Assembly (NCBI RefSeq): GCF_006345805.1
Contig: NC_043012.1
Coordinates: 55,676,001-55,740,000, forward strand
DNA from: Octopus sinensis
Lineage: Eukaryota
Direction: 5' to 3'
Length of the DNA: 64,000 bases
The notes below the pieces were generated by a model. It made no database searches. It saw only the letters and a program-made list of their open reading frames with translations, and was not told the DNA's origin. Below, piece after piece: positions 1-13,000 of this stretch; within the stretch, counting starts at the first letter, position 1, and every line of letters starts with the position of its first letter. The translations under genes and the position numbers were made by a program.

Positions 1-185
1 TTGCGGGACTACAAGCTTCAATAGAGGTGACTTCATGCTACAAGATAAGGGGCCGCAGAGCAGGGTACAAACCAGAACAAATATTTTGCTACAGAGAGGG
101 TGAGAATGACAGGGTGGACCTGGAAAGAAGAATATTTAATAAACTATATGTTTATTGTTACTAATTAGTAATAAAAGAAATTTAC

Positions 186-306
186 CTTTTTGGCACATGT
201 TGGTTAGCATATTTCACATCAAGTTGGCATGGACCTTCTTCAGGTACTGTGTAATTAGCCTTGAAAACACCTTCTTCAATAGGATGAACATCAGCTGGCC
301 TCTTAC
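186..306 (-). CDS. FLNA: Filamin coding exon 18 ([40 protein letters not shown])
   Basis: Acceptor TATCTAG, donor AG|GTAAAT; 121 nt, phase 1-2 (split Ser of the expected KSPF motif). Confidence 0.88.
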
Positions 307-3300
307 CTAGATATAGAGAATTTACACTTTGATAAAAAAACCTGTATTGCTCTTTTACACACACGTACACAACTTTACAATCACATTTCTATGCTAGGGT
401 TGGATGAGTACTTGATACCCTTCCTGATGCCAACCCATAGCTGGTTTTCATGTAAGCTACTTAATTTCATTGGTCTTTGCACATCAAACCAATGAGCGCT
501 AGACATATTGCTTATGTGAAAAACCTCATCACTGCTTCCAATGGTACTAGTGCAAAGACATTTGCAGACAAACACTTGCACATACAACACTTCTATATAA
601 GTGCTGTCAACCAATTTTCACTCACAAGGAATTGGTCAACCAGAAGTTATAGAAGATACATGCTCATTATGCATGAACCTGTGTATATAAGGTTGACTCA
701 AGAGAATATTAGCTATTCAAGTTGATAGCTGAAATATTTTTTTAGCATTGAACTATGGTACTGGCAAACGCCTCTCTCAAAGTTTCCAATATAACAAATT
801 AAGAACCATGTAGAGACAAAGCCTGCCACCAAATAACAGATTTAATTTATTTTTTCCCCTTCTTCCTGCCAGCAGAATTGAACTTGCCACTGTTAGCTAC
901 ACCTCTGCTAAGTGGGAGAAAGATCAATCTCCCTCTGATCCAACATTATGGTAACAGGGGGTAGGCATTGGTTGTACAATACATTGAGATTCAGAGAAGG
1001 GTTCTCTTGTCATTCTTTAATAGGACAGAATGAAAGATGAAATTTTTTAAAAATGAAAGAAAGGAAAACGAAAGAGCAAGGGAGGGAGGGAGGGAGACAG
1101 AGAAGGAAAGAGACAGAGAGGCTAAAACAAGAGTAGGAGTGAAGGAAAAAATTGAAAAAGAAAGCAGAAAAGGTATGAAAAGGAAGTTTTACCAAATTTG
1201 TCAGTGACAGTAACTTCAAGTGGAGCATCTCCGGCTTCTTTAGTATCAATGGTGAAGGATGTTGGTTCCTTGGGTTTGACTCCTTTAGCAGTATCAACAC
1301 CAGGACCTTGGCATTTAACTTTGCTAGGATCAACTGGAGTCTCAACTGGGACATGGAATGGACTTCCTGAAAGACAAAAATGTTGGAAAAAAAAGTTGAG
1401 AAATGATCCAAGGATTCTTTAGTACAAGGGAATTATTTATTGCATATGGTTCAAGATGAGGAATAGAACTTTATCACCACTAACTCCTGATGAAGGAACC
1501 TCTATATCAGTAGTTTTCAGCCATCTTTTGCCTAAAGACTGATTTCTATTTTATTCTACTGGATCTTCCTATAACCATTCAATGTTTAAAAAAGTTCCAT
1601 TATATTTTTATATCATCATCATCATTTAGTGTGTGCTTTCCATGTTGGCATGGGTTAGATAGTTTGACTGGAACTAGTAAGTTGGAGAGCTGCACTAAGT
1701 TCCAGTTTAATTTAGCATGGTTTCTATGGCTGGATGCCCTTCCTAATGCCAACCACTCCAAGAGTGTAATGGATACCTTTTACATGCCAGTTTCATGACA
1801 CAGGCCATGCCAACTTGATGTGAAATAATTGCACTACAAAATGTTTGAAATATTTTGTCTATCGTAGACCAGGTTGTGTGTTGTGTTCTTGAGCAAGACA
1901 CTTTATTTCTCATTGCTCCAGTTCACTCAGCTGTAGAAATGAGTCAAGACGTTACTGGTGCCAAGCTGTATTGGCCTTTGCCATTCCTTTGGATAATATT
2001 GGTGGCATGAAGAGGGGAGGCTAGTATGCATGGATGACTGCAGGTCTTCCATAAAACAACTTTGCCAGGACTTGTGCCTTGGAGGGGAACTTTCTAAGTG
2101 CAATTCCATGGTCATTCATGACCAAAGGGAGTCTTTATGTCTAGTAATATAAATATAGTAATTTTAAAATACTATTTACTTGGCTTTCATAATCAGCCTT
2201 AAAAAAAAAATGGAAAAAAACCCCAACAAAACTTAAAGCCATGGTTTAATTGTAGAATTTCAATCAAACTTACCAGGAATATGTTTATCACCATATTTCA
2301 CACCAATATCATAAGGTCCAGATTTAAGAGGCATGTATTCGACTTGGCATGTTCCATCATGATTGTCCTTGCAGGTCATCTTAGCTTCGACAGGTCCATC
2401 AATGGAGAGACCAAGGTTACCGTGGCCAGCTCCACGACTGTCCACAGTGAACACATTGGGTTTATTAGTGATACCACGTTCAAGACCTGGAAACAAAATG
2501 CATTCGATAAGTTTGTATGTCAAGCAATTTTTGTGTGATTTATGATCCTATAAACCAGGCATGTCACACTGCAAAGTCTCTAAGGGCCACATTGCTTACA
2601 TGTTGCCATATGGGCCACATATTTTTGAACAAGTGTTTACAAAGATTTCCATCGTATCAATTCTTCATAATGTAAAATCATTTAAAATCTTTTATTTGCT
2701 CATCAATATTCCTATATTCATTAACTAAATTATTAATTATTTTTATTATCAAAAATTGGTGGGGATTTCTCATTTTTAAACCTCTAGCAACACTGTTCAC
2801 AGGCTGCACTTGTGTTTGAAAAGGTCACATGCAGCCCATGGGGTACATGTTTGATATGCCTGCTATAAATGACAATGCTCAGATTTTTGCTTATTTAAAG
2901 CATTATAACAGCAGAGGTAGACAAGAAGAGCAGGTATGGTTGTGTGGTAACATGGTTCCAGGTTCATTCCCACTGTGTGGCACCTTGGGCAAGTGTCTAC
3001 TATAACCTCGGGCTGACCAAAGCCTTGTGAGTGGATCTGGTTGATAGAAACTGACAGAAGCCCATCGTGTATATACAGGTGTGTGTGTGTGTGTCCCATC
3101 ACTGCTTGATAACTGGTGTTAGTTTGTTTACATCCCCATAAGTACTAGGCTTTAAAAAAATAAGTCGATTCGTTCATGCTCCAGCATGGCCACAGTCAAA
3201 TGAAAAACGAGTAAAAGAATAAAAGAAAAAGAATATAAATTGCAAGCATGGTTGAGTGGGTAAGAAGTTCACTTTTCAACCACATAATTTGGGGTTCAGT

Positions 3301-6300
3301 CCCACTGTGCAGCACCTTGGCAAGTGTTTTCTAAGACATTGGGCTTACCAATGAATTTATTTCCCAGTCATTTCGCCCTTCAGCAAAAGAGACTGACAGA
3401 TGGTAATGTTTGTCGACATTCCTTGTCAAAAAGGTATTTGTCCTTTAGCTCTGTTCTCTCAAAGTGGAATAAAAAATTTTTTTAATTACTATTTTGTAAA
3501 ATATGTCATGGTTAGTGACACAAGGAGCATCAGGCAGTAAAACAATACTGCTTCAATATATATTCATCTAACTCTTGCTAGGATGGAAAATCAGATGTAA
3601 AAATGGAAGAATGAACAGACACAATCATTGAATAAATCTTACCTGGGCCGTAAGCTTTGACTTTAGAAGGATCACAACCAGGAACAGCAGTTGTTTTGAA
3701 AGGACTGCCAGGAATTGGCATATTTTCATAAGAAATGTCAACAGCATAAGGACCTAAAATAATAGTAAAAAAAAACAAAAATTGTAGATTTAACAACATT
3801 CCAGATAAGAAATACTATTAAAGTGTTCATACTTCTGAGAATTATTATAATTATGATATTAATGGTTCTCAGAGTGATTGGCATTAGGAAGGGCATCCAG
3901 CTGTAGAAACTCTGCCAGATAAGATTGGAGCCTGGTGCAGCCATCTGATCCGCCAGACCTCAGTCAAATCATCCAACCCATGCTAGCATGGAAAGCGGAC
4001 GTTAAACAATGATGATGATGATATTCTCTATCTTCAGATGCTATCCCTTTCTAAGGGGCGTATGTGTGTGTGTGTGTGTGTGTATGTGTGTGTGTATGCA
4101 CATACACACACACAACCTAGTAGTTAGGGTGCTGTACACAAAATCAATAGAGTGGGGTTTCAATTTCCAAAACTGGGGAGTGCAATCTGTTCTTGAGCAA
4201 AACACTTTATTTTACATTACTCTGTGATCACTGACACCTGGTGTGTGGCACCTGTACATGTAATGCTGATTTGATGGAGGGAATGAACTAATGTAAAGCA
4301 TAAACATTTGATCACTATAAGCATATCACCTGTGTAGATTGTTCAACAAGAAGTTGCAGAACTGTCATTTGACAGGAGAATCCACCCTAAGTGTACGTCA
4401 TCATTTAATGCCTGTTCACAGTCTTGGCATGGGTTGGATAGTATGACTGGAGCTGATAAGGCTGGGTGCCACAATAGGCACCATTGTCTGTTCTGGCATG
4501 GTTTCCTATTTCTTTATTGCCCACAAGGGGCTAAACAGAGGGGACAAACAAGGACAGTTACAGTGTGTAACTGGTACTTCATTTTAGTGATGCCAAAAGG
4601 ATGAAAGGCAAAGTCGACTTCAGCGTAATTTGAACTCAGAACGTAACAGCAGACAAACTACCACTAAGCATTTCGCCCAGCGTGCTAACGTTTCTGCCAG
4701 CTCGACGCCTTTTCCTTGGTTGGATGCCCTTCCTAATGCCAATGACTCCACAAGTGTACTGGGTGTTTTTTATGTGGTATCAGCATGCGTAGGTACATAT
4801 TCATACTTAGTGTATAAATGAACTGGTACGTCTTAATTTTTAAGAACAGTTGAAACGATTATCTACTTCCCCACAGGCCTGAAATTTGGGGAAGAAATAG
4901 TTGATTACATTGACTCCAGTACTCAACAAGTACTTATTTTAATGACCCTGAATGGATGAAAGGCCAAGTCAACTTCAGCAGAATTTGAACTCAGAATGTA
5001 AAGATGTAAAGAGTACGTAAATAACAAACATCGTACAAACAATTGCTGACTTAAGGGAAGTCAGAACAAGCTGATGTTAAAGCATTCACTTATAGAAACA
5101 ATCAAATTTTAGGATTGATATTGTAAAATCAACAATTTCAAAATTTTTGTTCAGAATATTTTGGTGGAGTTGATCAAACAAAATGCAATTTACCTTGTTC
5201 AATTGGCATGTAAGAGCCAGTGTAAATACCATTCTTCTTGTTGTCAATTGGCAGCTCAGCTTTGGCTCCAGATGGACTTGTGACAACAGCACGTACTTTA
5301 CCATCACCATTCGTTGTAACAGGAGTAGCGTCAACAGTGAAGTTGGCTGGGGCATCCAAAAAGACACCTGCACAAAAAAAAAAAGATTACATGAGAATAT
5401 TGAAGAATAAATTCTGATAGTGATTAGTATTGTCATGGAAAAAAAATGGCAGCAGTTTGAGGAAGTGGGAAAAATTGGTTTTAAATAACCATAACATTTA
5501 GGAAGGTCTTTTAATAAATATAAAGATGTAAGATTATTAGCTACGTAATTTTATACATTGGCCATTATTTCTCATGAGAAAATACAATTAGAGATCTAAA
5601 CAGGAAAATGAAATATGATAGTACAAATGAACCCAAATTCTTTTGCAATTTAATAGAACCAATTAACGAAAAAAATTTAAATCAAATCTAAATTTCAAAA
5701 TTAAGAGTTCCTGGAAATTATTTAGGGAGTTAAAAAAAAATTAAAAAGCAATCAAAACAAGAAACAATATTGAAAAGTAAAATATAAAATTCTAGAACTT
5801 CAATAGAAATAAAGTTAAAAACTGAACGCCAAAAGTTGTAGTGCAAGCATCAGTCAAAAACTAAAAGACCATAGCTACAAAATATGGTCAAGTGAGAAAC
5901 TATATCTCCAAGCTGTTTTACTTCAGGTAATTAAGACTGCATGCTCATTTGAAACCAATACAGTGATTCTCAACTTTCATTATTTATTCCACCCAATGGC
6001 TTGAGGTAGTCCACCATCTACCATGTAATCTCACAGTAAAAATATACACTAAATAATAGCATGTGCATATGTGTATATATATATCTCTCTCCTTGTTTTT
6101 TCTGTGTACCTTTCTGTAGAAGAGCGTAGGCTCAAAACGTAAAAGACTTTTTCTATTCCTGAGCGTTATACTAATACATTGTTTGTTTTGTACACCACCT
6201 GTCTTCATCTTTTGTTTTTTTCGTAAACTTTCCATATATATATATATATATATATATGAGATTCAGATGAATTAGGTACTTAAGTTGAAGCACCAGATCA

Positions 6301-6860
6301 GTGCAGTATGATCTGTACAACTCAAAGTAAGGTAAATAAAATCAAAATAAGCAACAGGATATCAAGGTGATGCAGCACGACCGTTTCAAGCAACTCCATT
6401 TAATTGAACAATACAATCATTACATCAATTTAAATGCAGGTTTATCCTCAGCTGCATAAAGACTAATAAATTAAAAATGAACCCCAACAAACTTCATACA
6501 ATTCTTAGAAGTGTAGTATATTCTTAGCTACATTAGAGGCAATATGGACTCTTTCCATCTTCTTCCTCTATTAGAGCACTTGAGTAAAATTATATTAATG
6601 TGTTCAACTGATTAAAAATTCTATTTATTTATTTATGCAGCTGAGGATAGTTCTGCATTTATATTGATATAATGATTGCATTGTTCAATTAAATGGAACC
6701 ACTCGAAACAGTTGTGGTGCATCACCTCTTGATATCTCGTTGCTTATTTTGATTATATATAAAATGTATATGTATGTATGTCACAGTTTTACAGGTTTTT
6801 GTTACATACCCTGAGCCATTATGCAATATATGTACAGCCCCTTTCATTAGTGCTGTTACA

Positions 6861-6903
<43 letters not shown>

Positions 6904-7045
6904 CTCTTTATACCTATCATTTTATTATATATATATATATAATCTCTTTATACCTATCATTTTATTTTATTATATATATAAAACATCTCTTTATACCTAT
7001 CATTTTATTATATATATATATAAAACATCTCTTTATACCTATCAT

Positions 7046-7093
<48 letters not shown>

Positions 7094-10000
7094 CTCTTTA
7101 TACCTATCATTTTATTATATATATATATATATATATATAAAACATCTCTTTATACCTATCATTTTATTATATATATATATATAAATGGTATCATAGTTTC
7201 ATCTGCTGTTATGTAATGTTTATAGATATACATATGCCCATTCTCAGGAGAAAGGTAATATTTAAAATATTTTTGAGTAATCTCTATATTAGAAAACAAT
7301 TTATGATCAACTATGATAGTTATTCCTTGCCATATAAATTTTTACTGCTGAGGAGTAAATTCACCCCTAGTTGAGAATCACTGCTCTAATAAATCTGAAA
7401 CAAGTTTATAATAACTGTGTGAGTATAGATTTAAAAACGTGTGTGTGTGTGTGTGTGTGAAAGATTATAAATTTGTCTTTTACATCACAACTGGATAATA
7501 TGTTGATAGTATTCTCGGTCCTTATTAACAAGTGTCTTTATCAATTTCAAACGTTAACTAAAAATGTTCTTTTCATTTTAACTCATTTCACAATAATATA
7601 TCCAAACAACAAGTTTCAATAACTCCATTAGTTGTAATTGCATCCCCTTATATAAATTATTTTCATTAAACCTTTGTCCGTTCTGTATATTATTACACGT
7701 GATGCACAGGACATATTCCCCTGGTGTCCTCACAACATATGATACACCATCCCAATTTTTCAATTGTTAGAGTAACTTAGGACTTATGAAAGTAAAGCAT
7801 TATGTTACTCAGAACATACGAAACAAGGGCTTGGCTTAACTAAAAATTTGAAAACGAGCATGGTCATTTTGAGGGCCATATTTAATTAATTATAACTTCT
7901 GCTTTATTTCATTCAAAATATATCCATTGTGACAATGTTGCCATCTTTAAGATGTAGAAAGAATATTTGTTTTCTTTTTTGGGGATTTAAGGATCTAAAA
8001 TGTCCACCTAATGCTTTCCTTTCTAAAAAGGACTATATATCAGTTTTATTCTCTTAAGTTTCTCAACCTGTCCTGATGTTTCCTTTTCTAAGCAGTTTTT
8101 ATGGGTCATTTCAATATATTTTGCACAGTAATGTAATTAAAACAAATGATGAAATGAGCGTTGCTGTGAGCCTTATGGTAACTTTACCAACTCAACTATA
8201 ACACCTGTATCCAAAACAGTATTGTTTCTGACCAAACCGTAACAACTGGACAAAGTCTGCTCAACTAATGAAAGTACCAGATAAGTGATTAGCATTAAAA
8301 AGAAAACTGGAAAATAAGCCAAAATTAAATTAAAACAAAAAATTAGAACATCTTTCCAACTGAGTCAAAGTCAAATTATGAAGGAAAAAAAAAAGAAAAA
8401 AAAAAACCTCAGCCATGCTAGAATAGACAAAAATGTCAAAAATAATGTTAAATAAATGAATAAATGGAGTGAATATGTTCTGCAGCAGCAAAGATATGAA
8501 TTAAATGAAACCTAGGAACATTGAGCTTTAATCACTAAGAGATTTCGAGTCTTTGGTTATATGATGAAGAACATTCAGCTGTTTGATCAACTGAGCTACC
8601 AACTCATTAAGATAATGTGCAAGTGGTTGAGTATTCCACAGACATATACACTTATACTGATTTAGCCTGAAAATTTTATTGAGAGATAGGCAAAGCTGAA
8701 TCTGGATTTTACAGCTACATCTTATTCAGTGGGTTTCTAAACGGTTCCTTTCCATGCAATTTAATTCACAAGACTTTGGGTGACTCGAGGCTATCTTCTA
8801 GGATATCGCACAATAGAATCAGTCCCTGAAGTTCACGAGCACAAAGCAAACCTTTTTAACCAAGTGTGCAATGCTGTGTCCTTTGGTCCGGTATTTACCA
8901 ATCTAAAAGCACAACAGTCAAATCAAGGACATTTCTGTAAATCTTTATCATAATGTCAGCCTATACTTTACCCATACTGGAGTACAACCAATTACAATTT
9001 GAAAATTGTGGAGATCAGTTCAAACAACTGTGTTACAAGTCTAAGTATACAAAAAACATACACTACGAATTACAAAACTGAAGTGCATGTCTATATTATT
9101 AATCAACAAGCTCATGTAGCATTCAATGCACAGTATTGATGTCCATATCTAATTCAGAAATGGTGTAGGATGTACAGTGGTAATGAATCAAGTAAGTGGA
9201 ATCAAGACCAAATACTTCTGACAATCCTAAAGTTTGGGACATGGCTGAGCTATCAGCCCACAATTTTATGATAGAAAAAAAAAAAAAAAAAGGGTCAATT
9301 GGTTCAAAATTAAAATTTTGCCTGTTGAGAATTAGATTTTTTTTACTTCTGTTAATACAGAACTTCATATAATATGCTAATCTTTTTCTAACCTCATAAA
9401 ACAAAAAGACATCTTCAGAACAGAAGACAAAATAGATTTCATGTCCAAAGAGGTTAACTTTTATCTTGGTCCTTTCAAATGGAGGTCCTTCGATTCTATG
9501 TATGTATGCATAAAATTTATACCCAGAAAACTTTAGGAGCAAGACCAGGTTTAAGACTGGGTGTCAGACTATTCCAGAGTATATAAATTCTGGCACTGTA
9601 ACAGCTTACAATTTAGGCAGTTAACTGCTCAATATTACTACCAAAAAAACACTTTTTAAAATTTGTGCAAAGAATTAAAAAAAAAATGAAAATTATCCTT
9701 CCAGAAGAGCCAGAGAGAAGAAAGAGAAGTTGAAAAGTTCACATATCAAAATATAAACATAGAACTGCTGTAATGACACTGATGATGCTGCATCAAAGAG
9801 GCTGAAACCAATAAAAGAAATTCATTAAGATTTGCAACACAAAGCAGACTTTACATGCAAAATGCTGAAACTATCTTTGTTAATATGCCAACATAAGCAT
9901 CAGTATTGTCTTTTCATTTTGAATACTGCTGAGAAAATGGATTATTTTGGGTTTTTTTTGAATGAATTTAAGCCACACATCGGCTAGATCACACCATGCA

Positions 10001-13000
10001 GTTTGCATCAGTTTACCGGTCTTCTCAACTCCTGGTCCATAAGCCTTGATGCCTCCGACATCGAGAGTTGCGGGTTGAATCTTAGCCTTAAATGGTGATC
10101 CAGGAATTGGAGCGTTATCATAGATGACATTCACTTTGTAGTCTCCTGGCACAGTTGGGAAGTATTCAGCGTTGACAGTACCGTCTTTGTTATCAGTACA
10201 GTTAACTTTAGCCTCAGATGGACCTTCAACAGATACTCCAAGAGCGCCTGGTGGAGCAGCACGCCTGTCGACTGTAAATGTGGCTGGTTTCTTTGCAGTT
10301 CCTTCTTTCAAGCCAGGGCCGTAAGCATGAACATTGTTAGCGGAGACCGGAACAACGGCATCGACTTTAAATGGAGAACCCTTTGCTGGCATTCCACCAT
10401 AGCTGACCTCAACCTTATGAGGACCAGGTTCTTTGAAGAGAATAGGTGCACTATGTCCGTTAGCCATTGGCTTAGTAGGAACAGTTGTCTTGACACCTTT
10501 AGGATTGGTTATCTGGACAGTGGCTTCAGCCTTTCCAGCACCAACCGTAATGATATCAATCATTTTCTCTTTGCCAACCTCTTGAGCTAAACAACGGAAA
10601 AAAGAATAGGGACCAGAATGTATTGGCAGAACTAAGATTTAACTCAAGATAAAAGGGTTTCTTTTTTTAAGTTACGGAAAAAATGTACAAATATGAAAAT
10701 AATGCTTAAATATTGCAAAAATTTATATTCTTTTCAAAATGAAGCGATACCCAAGTATCTAAGGTAAATTTATTTCAATAGATATTTTGAAGCACAATAA
10801 CAAATAAAATAAAATGCATTTATAATACAATAAAATTCAATATGTCTGAATTAATTTGTGAATTGTATCAAGTTTAGATAGAAATAAATTTGTTAAAACT
10901 CCTTGTAAAATCCTCATTTGGCAATAATTAAATGACGGGGTAAAGTAAAATATTTAATGAAGTGAGCAAAAAATTCTCAAAATTATACCCATGATAAAAT
11001 TTAGTGTTAATGACAATACTTATCAAAAAAGGTAAGGGAGATAATTTTCCCAAATCAGTATGATTGTTTTACATGAGATAATGGTCATGGTAGTATGTGC
11101 CAAAGCAGATTTCACTGGATTGTATAATTCATACAATGCAAAAAGAAAAGAGTATAACTGAAACTTACTTTTCTCCAAACCTTCAACGCGCACTTTGCCG
11201 ATATCAATACTGGATTCAACTTTCACCTTGATGGGTGATGCTGGAATCTCTTTATCGGCAAAGTACACATTTATGGTGTACATGCCAGGGATCTTGGCTT
11301 CATAATTGACAGTGAAGGTACCATCTTGGTTGTCAACAGTATTAACAGGCACATCCATTCCACGCTCATCAGTCAATGAAATAGCCACATCACCTAAATT
11401 CAAACAAATTATTTATATTCAATGTCAGTTCTTGGGCAGTAGAAAAAAAAAATGTTTGGAAATTTCAAAAGCTGTGATTTAGATTTATGACAGAGAGAAA
11501 AATTAACAAAAAAAAAAAAGAAAAAAAGAAAAAGAAAATTAAATTCATAATTAATTAGAAATTGCAGAAAAATCCATGTATATATTCAGCATTCAATTTC
11601 ATTTTACAAGTTTCAATGATTGGACTGTGGTCATACTGGTGTGTATATATAGCAATTTATTCAAGACTGCTTGAGAGTATGTAGTGTGTGTAAGTGTTAT
11701 ACAACCCAGTATCTTATGGCATAAATAGACACATTCATAAACATGGAAACACATGTGTGAGAGTGCTTATGTCGTGCTGTTCTGGATCATACAGAGAACC
11801 ACATGAATATCTCCCCTTCATGTAATTTATCAAACTTTAAGTTAGCTTAATATGGTTTATCCTAAATTGTCTTGAACTTTTATGTAAGTGTATAAGGCCT
11901 GTGTGAAGACACATGGCTCATTGGTTAGAGTGTTGGACTCCCATTCATGAGGTAGTGAGCTCAATTCACAGACCAGGCTATGTGTTGGGTTCTTGAGCAA
12001 GAGTTTATTTTACGTTGCTCCAGTTCACAGAGGGGAACTTTCTAGGTGCAGTCCTATGGTCATTCATGACTGAAGGGGGTTATTACCATTTTACCCTAGT
12101 GATCAGAATGTTGAGCTCACAAATGTTAGGTCGTGGGTTCAATTCTTGAACTAAGTAGTGCTTATGTACTTGAAGAAAGCACTTTATATTAAGCTGTTTC
12201 AGTACACTTTGCTGAAAAATAGTAGTACCAGTAGCATCTAGGATTTCACCCTGCAACCTATTGCAAGATTAAACTTCCAAGTGCTAATGTCACTTCCTTT
12301 TTCAGATTAACCCACTACAGATTTTATTCTAGGGGTTATCCCATTCAACAGAGTTTTGTACTAAGCTCTGGCCTCATGAGACTGTAGGTTCAATGCAGAA
12401 GTTTTTGTGGTAAGTACATTAATATGTATAATTAATAAGACAAAAGTTTGATCACACCAGCTCTCAGCCAACAAAACTTTGATCAAATTAGCTAACAAGC
12501 TGTTACATTTTCTAAATAGATTTTTATTTTAAACTCAAGTTGTTTAGTCCCCAAATCAGCATTGAATAAGTAAATATATGATCCAAAGATATTCCAGTTA
12601 TAATCATCCTGTCTTTTTTTTTTTTAAAGAAGTGTATACCTTGTACTACATTAGCTAATGTATCATATTCTTTACAAATTGCAAGGAACATGGTTTGAAG
12701 GAGATTTGTCTATTTCTAGCAGGTGAAGCAACCACACAAAAAAAAGAGTGCTCTCAAGTTTAAAATGTATGTGAATGTGTATAAACCATGACACAAAATG
12801 GTTGGAAATATATAATAACAACTATGTTCTCTTACCAGGTCCAGCTTCTTTGCAATCAACCACGAAGTGAGTTGGTTGGTTAGTTTTCACACCTGGTTTC
12901 ACACCTGGTCCATAAACCTTCACACTGGAAGGAGATTGGACAAAAACCTGTAAGAAGAAAATTAAAATAATTAGTCTAAAAAGAACTATGAACTTCCTTA

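Noticed and set aside
6865-7183. 25-bp repeats with variable spacers as a CRISPR array
   Set aside because: The spacers are only (TA)n runs.
9123-9542. 139-aa minus-strand ORF containing RIEGPP in intron 13
   Set aside because: Beyond IEGP there are no filamin repeat motifs; it runs through poly-T; exons 13 and 14 already join in frame.
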